Source: an uncultured Veillonellaceae bacterium
GTDB lineage: Bacteria > Bacillota > Negativicutes > UBA1444
Direction of reading: 5' to 3'
Assembly: GCA_964601085.1 (NCBI GenBank)
Contig: CAZRLN010000002.1
Location: forward strand, 48,207 to 112,206
DNA length: 64,000 nucleotides
Below the pieces are notes generated by a model that saw nothing but the letters and a program-made list of their open reading frames with translations, was not told where the DNA came from and ran no database searches. How positions within the stretch are numbered: position 1 is the first letter of the stretch; every line of letters begins with the position of its first letter. The position numbers and the translations under genes are program-made. Positions 55,524 through 64,000 of the stretch are shown here, in pieces.

Positions 55524-57566
55524 TCAACCGGCGAACAGAACGCCAAAAAAACTGTTGAACCGTTGTTGGAGAAGCGGCATAATTTCCGATGACAGTCCTG
55601 GGGTGTTCATTACCATGAGGCCGGCTTGCCGGGCTTCTTCCAGAACGTGAAGGTCATCGGCCAGGTTGGCCATTTTCATTTCCGGCAGGCCATGTTGCCG
55701 ATACCCGAGGAACTGTCCCGGACCGCGCAGCAACAAATCTTTCTCGGCAACAATGAACCCATCGCCGGTTTCCGCCAGCACTTTCAAGCGTTCTGGCGCG
55801 GCTGCGGTTTTATCATCATGCAAGAGGACGCAGTAAGATCGGTCGGCGCCCCGGCCAACCCGGCCGCGCAGCTGATGCAATTGCGCCAGCCCAAATCGCT
55901 CCGCATTTTCAATGATCATCATTGTCGCTTTCGGGACATTGATCCCGACCTCTATCACCGTAGTGGCAATCAGTACCGAAATGCGTCCCCCGGCGAAGTC
56001 CTGCATGATCGCCTCTTTGTCCGCCGCGCTCATTCTGCCATGCAAAAGCCCGCAACGGACCTGTTGCAACATCGAGGAAGTCAGTTCATTGAACACTTCC
56101 GTCGCCGACTGGGCGGATAACTTATCGGATTCCTCCACCAGCGGACAGACAACATATCCCTGCCTCCCTGCCGCGACTTCCGTCTCCAGAAATCGATATA
56201 CTTTTTCCCGTGCGGCCTGACCGGACCGAATCGCCGTAACAATCGGCTGACGTCCTGGCGGAAGCTGACGAATGACGGAAACATCCATATCCCCATAAAG
56301 AGTTAGCGCCATGGTTCGGGGAATCGGCGTAGCCGACATCACCAGGGTGTGGGGAACCGGACCTTTTTCCTGCAATGCAGCCCGTTGCCCCACGCCGAAG
56401 CGGTGCTGTTCATCGGTGACGACCAAGCCCAGATTATTAAAAATGACATCGGGCTGCAGCAAAGCGTGAGTGCCGATCAATAGCTGAATTTCTCCATTCT
56501 GTAAAGAATCGAGCAGCTTTTGACGGTTGCTTCCTTTGACCCGCCCGGTTAATAATGCAGCTTCCAGACCGAGCTGTTTATAAAGAGGAGCGCAAGTTCG
56601 ATAATGCTGTTCCGCCAAAATTTCGGTCGGCGCCATCAAGGCTCCCTGAAAACCATTTTCGATCGTTTTGGCGAGCGCCAGCAGAGCAACGGCGGTTTTG
56701 CCGGATCCGACATCCCCTTGCAACAGTCGAAGCATGGGACGTATTGATTCCATGTCTCGCGCAATGTCCAGATAAGCCGCCTGCTGATCGGCGGTAAGCT
56801 GGAATGGCAGAAGCGACTGCAACATTCTCACCATCTTGCCATCGGGAGAGTGGGCCTTGCTGCGCCGGTCTTCCACCCGCTGTCGACGCAGAAAAGCCAA
56901 CGCGCATTGAAGAAAAAACAATTCCTCGAAGACAATCCGGCGTTTGGCCTGCTGCATCAAGTTCCAATCGGTAGGAAAATGGATTTCATTCAACGCCTTG
57001 GTTCGGTCGATCAGTCGATGATCTTGCAAGATTTGTTCAGGCAACGTTTCGGCAATTTGCCGCTCAGTGTGCAGCGCTGCGGAAATCAGCTTTCGCAGGA
57101 CACGGGCGCCGAGGCCCTGTGTCAGAGGATATACCGGAACAATCCGCGCCGAGTTCAAAAGTTCGGCATCAGAAACCGGATCGACTTCCGGCGCTTCGAT
57201 CTGCAAATTATCTCGAAATCGATTGACTTTTCCGTATACCATGAGCTTGGCGCCGCTTTTCCAGGCAGTCGCCCGATAGGGCTGGTTGAACCAGACCAAC
57301 ACGGCGACTCCTGTTTCATCCTGAACAAAAACGCGGGCAAGAGATTTTCCCCGAACCCTTTGCACATCTCCCCGCTCCACCGTGGCGGTAAAAGTAGCGA
57401 AGTCACCATGGCGCAATTGATTGATTTGGATCAGGCGGCTCCGGTCTTCATAGCGTAGCGGAAAATGTTCCAACAAATCGTCGATGGTGTGAATGCCCAG
57501 CCGCTGCAGCCGGAAAGCCATGGCTTCGCCGACGCCCTTAAGGTTTTTTATCGATTCTTTACCCAT
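55524..57566 (-). CDS. recG: ATP-dependent DNA helicase RecG
   Basis: Start at M29 of the track ORF (SD GAGGAG 8 nt upstream); wedge domain, Walker A GDVGSGKT, DEQH box. Confidence 0.93.
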   Translation of the reverse strand: MGKESIKNLKGVGEAMAFRLQRLGIHTIDDLLEHFPLRYEDRSRLIQINQLRHGDFATFTATVERGDVQRVRGKSLARVFVQDETGVAVLVWFNQPYRATAWKSGAKLMVYGKVNRFRDNLQIEAPEVDPVSDAELLNSARIVPVYPLTQGLGARVLRKLISAALHTERQIAETLPEQILQDHRLIDRTKALNEIHFPTDWNLMQQAKRRIVFEELFFLQCALAFLRRQRVEDRRSKAHSPDGKMVRMLQSLLPFQLTADQQAAYLDIARDMESIRPMLRLLQGDVGSGKTAVALLALAKTIENGFQGALMAPTEILAEQHYRTCAPLYKQLGLEAALLTGRVKGSNRQKLLDSLQNGEIQLLIGTHALLQPDVIFNNLGLVVTDEQHRFGVGQRAALQEKGPVPHTLVMSATPIPRTMALTLYGDMDVSVIRQLPPGRQPIVTAIRSGQAAREKVYRFLETEVAAGRQGYVVCPLVEESDKLSAQSATEVFNELTSSMLQQVRCGLLHGRMSAADKEAIMQDFAGGRISVLIATTVIEVGINVPKATMMIIENAERFGLAQLHQLRGRVGRGADRSYCVLLHDDKTAAAPERLKVLAETGDGFIVAEKDLLLRGPGQFLGYRQHGLPEMKMANLADDLHVLEEARQAGLMVMNTPGLSSEIMPLLQQRFNSFFGVLFAG

Positions 57567-58485
57567 GATTACGCTCCTCGTCTGCCTGGTTGGATGGTAT
57601 TGTTCCTTGTAATGATTTCTGGGCATACCGCAGCCATTGACGCGCCGCAAAAGAAAGATGGCGATTCTTCTCCCAAATAACAGCCAAGTTCCAGCGTAAT
57701 GGAGAATCTTCCAGCATGAGCATCTGAACCTGATTTTTTGCGTTCATTTCCCATACTTTTTGCGGCAGAAAGCCGATTCCTAAATTTTCCGCAACCATAC
57801 CGACAATAAAATCCCATTGGGAAGTCTGACAGGCAATCTGTGGAGAAAAACCCAGTTCTCGACATTGATCGATGATTTGATCATGGAGCGTGAAATCTTC
57901 GCGAAACATGATGAACTTGTCCATCGACAAACTTTTCATGGACACGCTCGTTTCCCCGTGAAAGCGATGTCCGGGACCAACAATGACAACTACCGGTTCA
58001 CAAACAAACTCAAACACTTCGAAATGAGAATCCCGCAACGGCAACTGCACGATGCCCAAATCCAGTTCCCCCGCTAATAATCCCTGCTCTACCCGTTTGG
58101 AACCGAATTCGAGCCATTGGATCGAGATTTGGGGAAATTTCTTACTGAACTCGCCGGCTATCTTCGAGAAGTATCCGACGCCAGCCATCGGCGGCATACC
58201 GATCCGAATGTTTCCTGTTCGTAAATTCGCTACGTCATCCAGTTCTGCGCTCAGATTCTGAAATGCTTTCACAATATCTTGGGCCGGTTTTATTATCGCC
58301 TTGCCGGCATCGGTCAGTTCCACTTTTTTTGTCGCCCGGTTGAATAACGCGACGCCGAGTTCTTCTTCCAGATTGCGAACCATTTTACTTATGGTTGGTT
58401 GCGTGATAAACAGTTCTTCGGCCGCAGCCGAAAAACTGCGTTTTCTGGCTACTTCCGTAAAATAAAGCAAATGCCGGATTTCCAT
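57559..58485 (-). CDS. LysR-family transcriptional regulator
   Basis: 308 aa; HTH MEIRHLLYFTEVARKRSFSAAAEELFITQPTISK; overlaps the recG start by 8 nt. Confidence 0.88.
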   Translation of the reverse strand: MEIRHLLYFTEVARKRSFSAAAEELFITQPTISKMVRNLEEELGVALFNRATKKVELTDAGKAIIKPAQDIVKAFQNLSAELDDVANLRTGNIRIGMPPMAGVGYFSKIAGEFSKKFPQISIQWLEFGSKRVEQGLLAGELDLGIVQLPLRDSHFEVFEFVCEPVVVIVGPGHRFHGETSVSMKSLSMDKFIMFREDFTLHDQIIDQCRELGFSPQIACQTSQWDFIVGMVAENLGIGFLPQKVWEMNAKNQVQMLMLEDSPLRWNLAVIWEKNRHLSFAARQWLRYAQKSLQGTIPSNQADEERNHG

Positions 58486-58522
58486 CTCATCCTCCTAAAA
58501 TAGACATCGAGAATGATCGCCA

Positions 58523-58550
58523 TTGATACTATTCATTTTACATATATTAT
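58523..58550 (+). promoter_or_regulatory. candidate sigma-A promoter TTGATA-16-TATTAT for the small-ORF pair, divergent from lysR
   Basis: cattgatactattcattttacatatattatt read directly. Confidence 0.45.
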
Positions 58551-58609
58551 TGCTGGAAGTACACTAAAAGAAAAGAGTATTTAAATGAAGAACTCGAGGA
58601 GGTAGACCG

Positions 58610-58705
58610 ATGGACAAAAACACACTGATTGCTTATACCAATTTGGCGACGTTACTGGACAAAATCATGCGACGTTACCACAATATCAACACTTGCCAAT
58701 TTTAA
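58610..58705 (+). CDS. unannotated small ORF, 31 aa (MDKNTLIAYTNLATLLDKIMRRYHNINTCQF)
   Basis: Not in the ORF track (below the size cutoff). SD GAGGAGG with 7-nt spacing to the ATG; its stop TAA overlaps the SD of the next ORF. Confidence 0.4.
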   Translation: MDKNTLIAYTNLATLLDKIMRRYHNINTCQF

Positions 58706-58720
58706 AGGAGATGAAGCTTT

Positions 58721-58861
58721 ATGGAACGTTACTGTGAATATTGCGGCAAAGATATCCGGGACGAAGCCGTGTTCTGCCCTTTTTGCGGCAGCAATCCAGT
58801 CGCGGTAACCGGCAATTTCGAGCGGAAGGAAGATGCCGAACCCATAAAATCGGTCGCGTAA
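58721..58861 (+). CDS. unannotated small zinc-ribbon protein, 46 aa (MERYCEYCGKDIRDEAVFCPFCGSNPVAVTGNFERKEDAEPIKSVA)
   Basis: SD AAAGGAG 10 nt upstream; CxxC-N9-CxxC; followed 25 nt later by a strong terminator. Confidence 0.5.
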   Translation: MERYCEYCGKDIRDEAVFCPFCGSNPVAVTGNFERKEDAEPIKSVA

Positions 58862-58885
58862 TAAAAACATGCCGGATTTATTCTT

Positions 58886-58915
58886 AAGCAAGGCGATATG
58901 CCTTGCTTTTTCCTT
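58886..58915 (+). terminator. rho-independent terminator after the small-ORF pair
   Basis: AAGCAAGGC-gatat-GCCTTGCTT followed by TTTCCTTTC. Confidence 0.75.
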
Positions 58916-58991
58916 TCTGCCTATGTTAAAATTACTTCGTTGTTCAGCGTGAATACGTACTTAACCCTCAAGATTGAAGGAGGTGTAATTG

Positions 58992-59180
58992 ATGGCCAAT
59001 TTGTGTGAAGTCTGCGGAAAAGGTGAACGCAGCGGATTTAATGTCAGCCATTCCCACCTTAAAACCAAACGGACTTGGAAACCGAACATTCAACGCGTCC
59101 GCGCTTTGGTGAAAGGTGAAATCACTCGTCTGAATGTTTGCACCCGTTGCCTGCGCTCCGGGAAAGTCGTTCGTCCCTAG
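58992..59180 (+). CDS. rpmB: 50S ribosomal protein L28 (Zn-ribbon C+ form)
   Basis: 62 aa MANLCEVCGKG...CTRC; SD AAGGAGG 8 nt upstream. Confidence 0.92.
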   Translation: MANLCEVCGKGERSGFNVSHSHLKTKRTWKPNIQRVRALVKGEITRLNVCTRCLRSGKVVRP

Positions 59181-59213
59181 TTTTTCGAGTTTCCATTAAA
59201 TTCGAATTAAAAA

Positions 59214-59251
59214 AGATTGTGCTGAAAATTTGTTTCGGCACAATCTTTTTT
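59214..59251. terminator. bidirectional terminator between rpmB (+) and hslO (-)
   Basis: A-run, then AGATTGTGC-(15 nt)-GCACAATCT, then T6. Confidence 0.8.
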
Positions 59252-59283
59252 ATTGTCATTGTATTGCATCGGTACAATCGAAC

Positions 59284-60162
59284 CTACTGGTCGGCTTTTT
59301 TCTTGCCTGACTGAATTTGTTTTAATTCCGCCGCATCAAAGCGATAAAGCTCGTTGCAGAAATTGCAGCGAACTTCCGCCTGCCCGTCCTGTAACATGGC
59401 GGTGAGTTCCGCTTCCCCCAGGCTGTTGATCATCGCAGTTACGCGTTGCCGGCTGCACGTACAGGAAAAAGCAACCGGTTCCGGGTCATAGACGGTGTCG
59501 TCGGCTACTCCCGCCAGCAGCAGCCGAATCATTCCGGCTGCTGTCACTCCCTCAAAGGCCAGCTGGGAAGGTGAGGAAACCAGAATCAGATTTTTTTCAA
59601 TGGCGCCCAATACCTCTTCCGTGGCATCAGGCATCACCTGCACCAAAAATCCGGCGGCGCCGGCGACATGGCCGTCGGAATCGACCAACACGCCCAACCC
59701 AACTGTGGACGGAATCTGTTCCGACTCCAAAAGATACCGGGTGATGTCTTCGGCGATTTCACCGGAAACGAGCTCCACGGTTCCCGTGAATACTTCACGC
59801 TGTGGATTGAACCGGGTTACATACAGCATCCCCCATCCGATTCCTTCGCCCACCGGAAGTTTTCCATTTACGGCCGGCAAATCGGCAGCGGGGTTGTGAA
59901 CATAGCCGCGCACACAATGCCTCGAAGGCGTATCGCCGACAACATCGCCCAGGGGTCCATCGCCGGATAGCCGAACTGTGATGCATTCATCGCCCTTGAG
60001 GTTTTCCGAGAGCAGTAACGCCGCCGTCATCGCTCGTCCTATTGCCGCAGTCGCCAGTGGGCTGCAATGATGGCGTTTTCTGGCCTCTTCCGTCAACTCC
60101 GTGGTAATGGCGGCTACCAGGCGAACTCCCGGCGCAATCGCCGTCACGATATGGTCAGACAT
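59284..60162 (-). CDS. hslO: redox-regulated chaperone Hsp33
   Basis: 292 aa; C-terminal zinc centre CTCS...CNFC. Confidence 0.92.
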   Translation of the reverse strand: MSDHIVTAIAPGVRLVAAITTELTEEARKRHHCSPLATAAIGRAMTAALLLSENLKGDECITVRLSGDGPLGDVVGDTPSRHCVRGYVHNPAADLPAVNGKLPVGEGIGWGMLYVTRFNPQREVFTGTVELVSGEIAEDITRYLLESEQIPSTVGLGVLVDSDGHVAGAAGFLVQVMPDATEEVLGAIEKNLILVSSPSQLAFEGVTAAGMIRLLLAGVADDTVYDPEPVAFSCTCSRQRVTAMINSLGEAELTAMLQDGQAEVRCNFCNELYRFDAAELKQIQSGKKKADQ

Positions 60163-60631
60163 TGCCGGGTTCCCAACTTTTGAGAAGGTTGGCCATCTCG
60201 ATTGCGGTCATGGCCGCATCGAATCCTTTATTGCCGGCCTTGGTTCCGGCCCGTTCAATCGCCTGCTCGATAGTGTCGGTGGTCAATACGCCAAATACGG
60301 TAGGTACGCCGGTTTGCAGGCCAACATGCGCTACCCCTTTTGTCACTTCGTTCGAGACGTAATCAAAATGCGGAGTGCTGCCACGAATCACCGCGCCCAG
60401 ACAAATGACCGCGTCAAACTTGCCGCTGTTGGCCATTTTCTGCGCCGCCAGCGGGATTTCAAACGCGCCCGGCACCCAGGCCATCGTCATATTGTCCTCC
60501 AACGCGCCATGTCGGGTCAAGGCATCGATTGCTCCGCTAACCAGTTTATTGGTGATGAATTCGTTGAACCGGGCCGCGACAATTCCGATTCGCAACCCTT
60601 CCGCCGTCAGTTTTCCTTCCAATACTTTCAT
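60155..60631 (-). CDS. ribH: 6,7-dimethyl-8-ribityllumazine synthase
   Basis: 158 aa full-length match. Confidence 0.93.
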   Translation of the reverse strand: MKVLEGKLTAEGLRIGIVAARFNEFITNKLVSGAIDALTRHGALEDNMTMAWVPGAFEIPLAAQKMANSGKFDAVICLGAVIRGSTPHFDYVSNEVTKGVAHVGLQTGVPTVFGVLTTDTIEQAIERAGTKAGNKGFDAAMTAIEMANLLKSWEPGNV

Positions 60632-61845
60632 TTCGACTCACCCTCCACTTTCAGTAAATGTCCCATTTTGGCCTTTTTGACTGCCAGATATTTTTTATTG
60701 AAGGCATTCGCCGTGATTTCCACTGGAACCCGCTCGGTGATTGTCAGGCCATAGCCTTCCAGACCGGCGCGTTTTTCCGGATTGTTGGTCAACAGGCGAA
60801 TGGTGGTAAGTCCAAGATCCGATAAAATCTGGGCGCCAATCCCATATTCCCGCATATCCGGCGCAAATCCCAGCAGGACATTCGCTTCCACGGTGTCCTT
60901 GCCTTGATCCTGCAACGCATAGGCCCGGATCTTATTCGCCAACCCAATCCCCCGTCCCTCCTGCCGCATATAGAGGAGTACGCCGGAGCCTTCCTGCTCG
61001 ATCCGCTTCATGGCGACCCCCAACTGATCGCCGCAGTCGCAGCGTAGAGAGCCCAATACATCGCCGGTCAGGCATTCCGAATGAACCCGCACCAAAACGT
61101 TGGCTTGATTCTCTACATCCCCCTTGACCAAAGCAAGATGGCATTGTTGGTCAATTGAACTTTCATAGGCAATCACCCGGAACGAACCGTATTTGGTCGG
61201 CAAATTAGCTTCCGCCACTCTTTCCACAACCCGTTCGTGGTGTTTGCGGTACTTGATCAAATCGGCCACCGTAATCAATTTGAGGCCATGATGGTTGGCG
61301 AACTCCATTAATTGAGGCACCCGGGCCATTGTTCCGTCTTCATTCATGATTTCGCAGATGACAGCCGCCGGATATAACCCCGCCATAATCGCCAAATCGA
61401 CCGAGGCTTCCGTGTGGCCGGTCCGCCGCAAAACGCCGCCTTCACGATAACGAAGCGGGAACATGTGTCCGGGGCGACGTATGTGCTCAGGTCCCTTGCT
61501 TGGGTCAATCAATGTCTCTACTGTCAGGGCCCGTTCAAAAGCCGAAATGCCAGTTGCGACCTCGTAAGCGTCGACCGATACGGTGAAGGCGGTGCAATGC
61601 GAATCAGTGTTTTCGCAGACCATGGGACCGATTCCCAGTTGATCAAGTCGTTCGCCCTTCATGGGAACGCAGATCAATCCCCGGGCGTTTTTGGCCATAA
61701 AATTGATCATCTCCGGTGTCGCCTTGGACGCGGCGATCACCAAATCGCCTTCATTTTCGCGGTCTTCGTCATCGACTACGATGACCATCCGGCCTTCCCG
61801 GATATCCTCAACCGCTTCTTCCACAGTACTAAATTGGAACGCCAT
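60628..61845 (-). CDS. ribBA: bifunctional 3,4-dihydroxy-2-butanone-4-phosphate synthase / GTP cyclohydrolase II
   Basis: 405 aa; DHBP synthase N-domain and GCHII C-domain with the CxCxxxxC zinc site. Confidence 0.93.
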   Translation of the reverse strand: MAFQFSTVEEAVEDIREGRMVIVVDDEDRENEGDLVIAASKATPEMINFMAKNARGLICVPMKGERLDQLGIGPMVCENTDSHCTAFTVSVDAYEVATGISAFERALTVETLIDPSKGPEHIRRPGHMFPLRYREGGVLRRTGHTEASVDLAIMAGLYPAAVICEIMNEDGTMARVPQLMEFANHHGLKLITVADLIKYRKHHERVVERVAEANLPTKYGSFRVIAYESSIDQQCHLALVKGDVENQANVLVRVHSECLTGDVLGSLRCDCGDQLGVAMKRIEQEGSGVLLYMRQEGRGIGLANKIRAYALQDQGKDTVEANVLLGFAPDMREYGIGAQILSDLGLTTIRLLTNNPEKRAGLEGYGLTITERVPVEITANAFNKKYLAVKKAKMGHLLKVEGESK

Positions 61846-61860
61846 AACTTTTCTCCCCTT

Positions 61861-62526
61861 TCAATCCATAAACCCATGTTTCATTAAAAAACCAGTATCG
61901 ATGGGTGTGGTTGCCGGTTTTGTTTTGCCTGTCTGTTCGCCGCAACGCAGCAACCGATGAACATACTTTCCTAAAACATCCGTTTCGACGTTGACCCGAC
62001 CGCCGGCTTGTTTCCGGGACAACACCGTTACATCCCACGTGTGGGGAATCAGGGAAACTTCAAACCAATCGTCACCGCAATCGACGATGGTCAGACTGAC
62101 GCCGTCGACAGCCACCGATCCCTGCGGGATGACGAAGGCCCCCAAAGAGGCCGGGATTTGGATTCGCAAAATGTTGGCATTGTCCCGCGGTGTGACCGAA
62201 ACAATTGTTCCAGTGGCGTCAACATGACCACTGACAATGTGGCCGCCCAGCCGGTCCCCTACGCGGAGCGTTCGTTCGAGATTGACAGATTCACCGGGTT
62301 TTCGCGACGACAACGTTGTTCGATCATATGTTTCGGGCATGATGTCGACGGTGAAATTGCGGGAATCATATTCCACGACCGTCAGGCAAGCGCCATCTAC
62401 GGCGATGCTGTCGCCGATCTTCACATCCGCCAGTACTTTTTCTGCACCAACCGTCAAACGGATGGAATGGGCGCCGCGGGATACGGCCCGAACTTTACCC
62501 AATTCCTCCACAAGTCCTGTAAACAT
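61861..62526 (-). CDS. ribE: riboflavin synthase alpha chain
   Basis: [10 protein letters not shown] with an internal repeat. Confidence 0.92.
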   Translation of the reverse strand: MFTGLVEELGKVRAVSRGAHSIRLTVGAEKVLADVKIGDSIAVDGACLTVVEYDSRNFTVDIMPETYDRTTLSSRKPGESVNLERTLRVGDRLGGHIVSGHVDATGTIVSVTPRDNANILRIQIPASLGAFVIPQGSVAVDGVSLTIVDCGDDWFEVSLIPHTWDVTVLSRKQAGGRVNVETDVLGKYVHRLLRCGEQTGKTKPATTPIDTGFLMKHGFMD

Positions 62527-63640
62527 CGCGAGCCTCCCTTCGTTTTACCCATCCTTCAATCATCAGATCATCGCCGGTATTTTGAACCCTCACATCTTCC
62601 AATTCAACGGCCTCCGACAAACGGTCGCAGCCTGTTCCGCCGTAGGGTCCGGGTGCGCCGGCGCCGCCGATGATTTTTGGGGCGACGAACATCACCACTT
62701 TGTCGACATAGTTGCCGAACAGGAACGAAGAATTCAGGGTTCCGCCGGCTTCTACCATGACGTGGGTTAAACAGCGTTCTCCCAAAATCCGTAACAATGC
62801 GCCCAGATTCAACCGCCCGTTCGAGTCTTCGGGAAGCGGCAAAATCTCGATATTCTTTGCTTTCAGAGCAGCGACCCTCTCGATGGGAGCCTTATTAGAT
62901 ATGGCGATAATCGTCGGCGCTTTGCCGTCGTTAACGAGTTTCGCTGACAACGGGGTTCGCGCCAGACTGTCGACAACAACCCTGACTGGCGATTTTCCAC
63001 CCTCCGGCAAACGGGTGGTCAGTTCCGGGTCGTCGGCCAGAACCGTGCCGACACCGGTAATGATGGCATCGGCGGCATCACGCAGGTGGTGAACCTCCAG
63101 CCGGGACGCTTCCCCGGTGATCCACCGGGAGTCGCCGGTGCGGGTCGCAATTTTTCCATCCAGGCTGATTCCGTTTTTCAACGTGACAAAGGGCAACTTG
63201 CAGGTAATCCACTTGATGAACGGGGCGTTCAGACTGGCGGCTTCGGTGGCCAATACGCCCGTATCGACACGGATCCCACGTTGTCGCAGTGTTTCAATGC
63301 CGCAACCGGCAACTAATGGATTGGGGTCGGTCATGGCCACGACCACCCGCTGAATACCGGCGGTTGCAATCGCTTCCGTGCAGGGGCCCGTCCGACCAAA
63401 ATGACAGCATGGTTCCAATGTCACATATATAGTCGCGTTTCTGGTTTCATTTCCGGCATCGGCAATCGCGTGGACTTCCGCATGGGCGGTACCGGCTTTT
63501 TGATGCCAGCCTCGGCCAATGACCTTGTCATCTTTCACGATGACAGCGCCCACGACCGGATTGGGGCTGGTTCGTCCCCGGCCCCGTCGGGCCAGCTCCA
63601 GCGCTTCCCGCATGTACTTTTCGTCTGTCTCCCGCTGCAT
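62495..63640 (-). CDS. ribD: bifunctional diaminohydroxyphosphoribosylaminopyrimidine deaminase / 5-amino-6-(5-phosphoribosylamino)uracil reductase
   Basis: Start at M26 of the track ORF (SD GGGGGAAGG). Deaminase zinc motif HAE...PCxxC and a reductase domain. Confidence 0.9.
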   Translation of the reverse strand: MQRETDEKYMREALELARRGRGRTSPNPVVGAVIVKDDKVIGRGWHQKAGTAHAEVHAIADAGNETRNATIYVTLEPCCHFGRTGPCTEAIATAGIQRVVVAMTDPNPLVAGCGIETLRQRGIRVDTGVLATEAASLNAPFIKWITCKLPFVTLKNGISLDGKIATRTGDSRWITGEASRLEVHHLRDAADAIITGVGTVLADDPELTTRLPEGGKSPVRVVVDSLARTPLSAKLVNDGKAPTIIAISNKAPIERVAALKAKNIEILPLPEDSNGRLNLGALLRILGERCLTHVMVEAGGTLNSSFLFGNYVDKVVMFVAPKIIGGAGAPGPYGGTGCDRLSEAVELEDVRVQNTGDDLMIEGWVKRREARDVYRTCGGIG

Positions 63641-63690
63641 AAACCTTCCCCCAAAAAATAAAATCCCAAAGAAAAAATTCTTTGGGAAAA
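63641..63690 (-). terminator. terminator hairpin of the FMN-riboswitch expression platform
   Basis: Minus strand: CCCAAAGAA-tttt-TTCTTTGGG followed by ATTTTATTTTTTGGGGG, immediately 5' of the ribD SD. Confidence 0.7.
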
Positions 63691-63699
63691 TAACCACAG

Positions 63700-63880
63700 A
63701 CCTGTAACAGGTCATATTTTGCCTTTTCCCATCCAGACTTTACTGTCGGCTCCGGAATTCATACCGGATCAACCTCTCGGCTCGCGGGCTTAACCGCCGG
63801 TCAGGAATTGAAGGTTTCCCTTCTCACCATGCCCCAAAGGCGCTATTCAGTTGTCCTGTTCGTATATAGGATAACACTGG
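63700..63880 (-). promoter_or_regulatory. FMN riboswitch (RFN element) aptamer in the ribD leader
   Basis: Minus strand contains GGGGCATGGTGAGAAGGGAAACC, GACCGGCGGTTAAGCCCGCGAGCC and CCGGAGCCGACAGTAAAGTCTGGATGGGAAAAGG. These match the conserved RFN helices P1/P2 and the invariant CCGACAGT.AAGTCTGGATGGGAGA core. Confidence 0.8.
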
Positions 63881-64000
63881 AATTATTAAAATGCAAGCAT
63901 TCGGCAGAGTGATGTTTGGTTCAGCCGAGAAATTCACCAGTCTCCACGTTATATTTTATCGAACCCGACATTTCCGATACCACGCCCGTCCGGATCACCT

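Noticed and set aside
58652-58891. 79-aa minus-strand ORF
   Set aside because: It lies antisense to two SD-bearing plus-strand small ORFs and runs through their terminator. No SD.

Overview
64-kb chromosomal window from a low-GC-lineage Firmicute. It looks like an anaerobic, spore-forming organism, possibly a Negativicute or Clostridia relative: SpoVS is present, there are ferredoxin-dependent 2-oxoacid oxidoreductases, NfnAB and a PPi-dependent phosphofructokinase, and SD sequences are strong AGGAGG. Gene content is mostly conserved housekeeping. Left third, + strand: rimO(3' end)-cinA-recA-recX-rny-[hypothetical]-spoVS-[P-loop/Asp23 fusion]-[small hypothetical]-[decayed TSUP pseudogene]-miaB-mutS-mutL-[RsmJ-like MTase]-miaA-hfq-hflX-[PLP enzyme]-[vanW-like]. 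Next is a canonical SOS locus: lexA is divergent from a LysM membrane protein (YneA-like), with tandem Cheo/LexA boxes; recA also has a LexA box in its promoter. The middle of the window (22.2-49.3 kb) is an unbroken run of about 35 minus-strand genes: PPi-PFK, an RDD/lipoprotein pair, PHP phosphoesterase, an IclR-regulated 4-subunit 2-oxoacid:ferredoxin oxidoreductase, and a PduL-ASCH-aminotransferase group. It continues with a 10-gene translationally coupled operon iorAB-HAD-mtnP-mtnA-ahcY-aldolase-mtaD-nfnAB, which I read as a SAM by-product (MTA/SAH/5'-dAdo) salvage route bolted onto anaerobic redox genes. It ends with surE, queED, GT2-pssA-psd, tagA and guaB. Right third: a polyphosphate island (ppx-ppk1-sixA with a convergent CYTH-CHAD gene), 4-OT tautomerase, recG and lysR. 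A previously unannotated two-gene micro-operon of small proteins (31 aa, and a 46 aa zinc ribbon) lies between lysR and rpmB. Then hslO and the rib operon (ribD-E-BA-H), preceded by an FMN riboswitch with a terminator expression platform. No CRISPR arrays, rRNA/tRNA genes or obvious mobile elements were seen. Coordinates of promoters, terminators and repeats were derived by hand-indexing and may be off by 1-2 nt. CDS boundaries follow the supplied ORF track, with start codons re-chosen where an SD or homology supported it.
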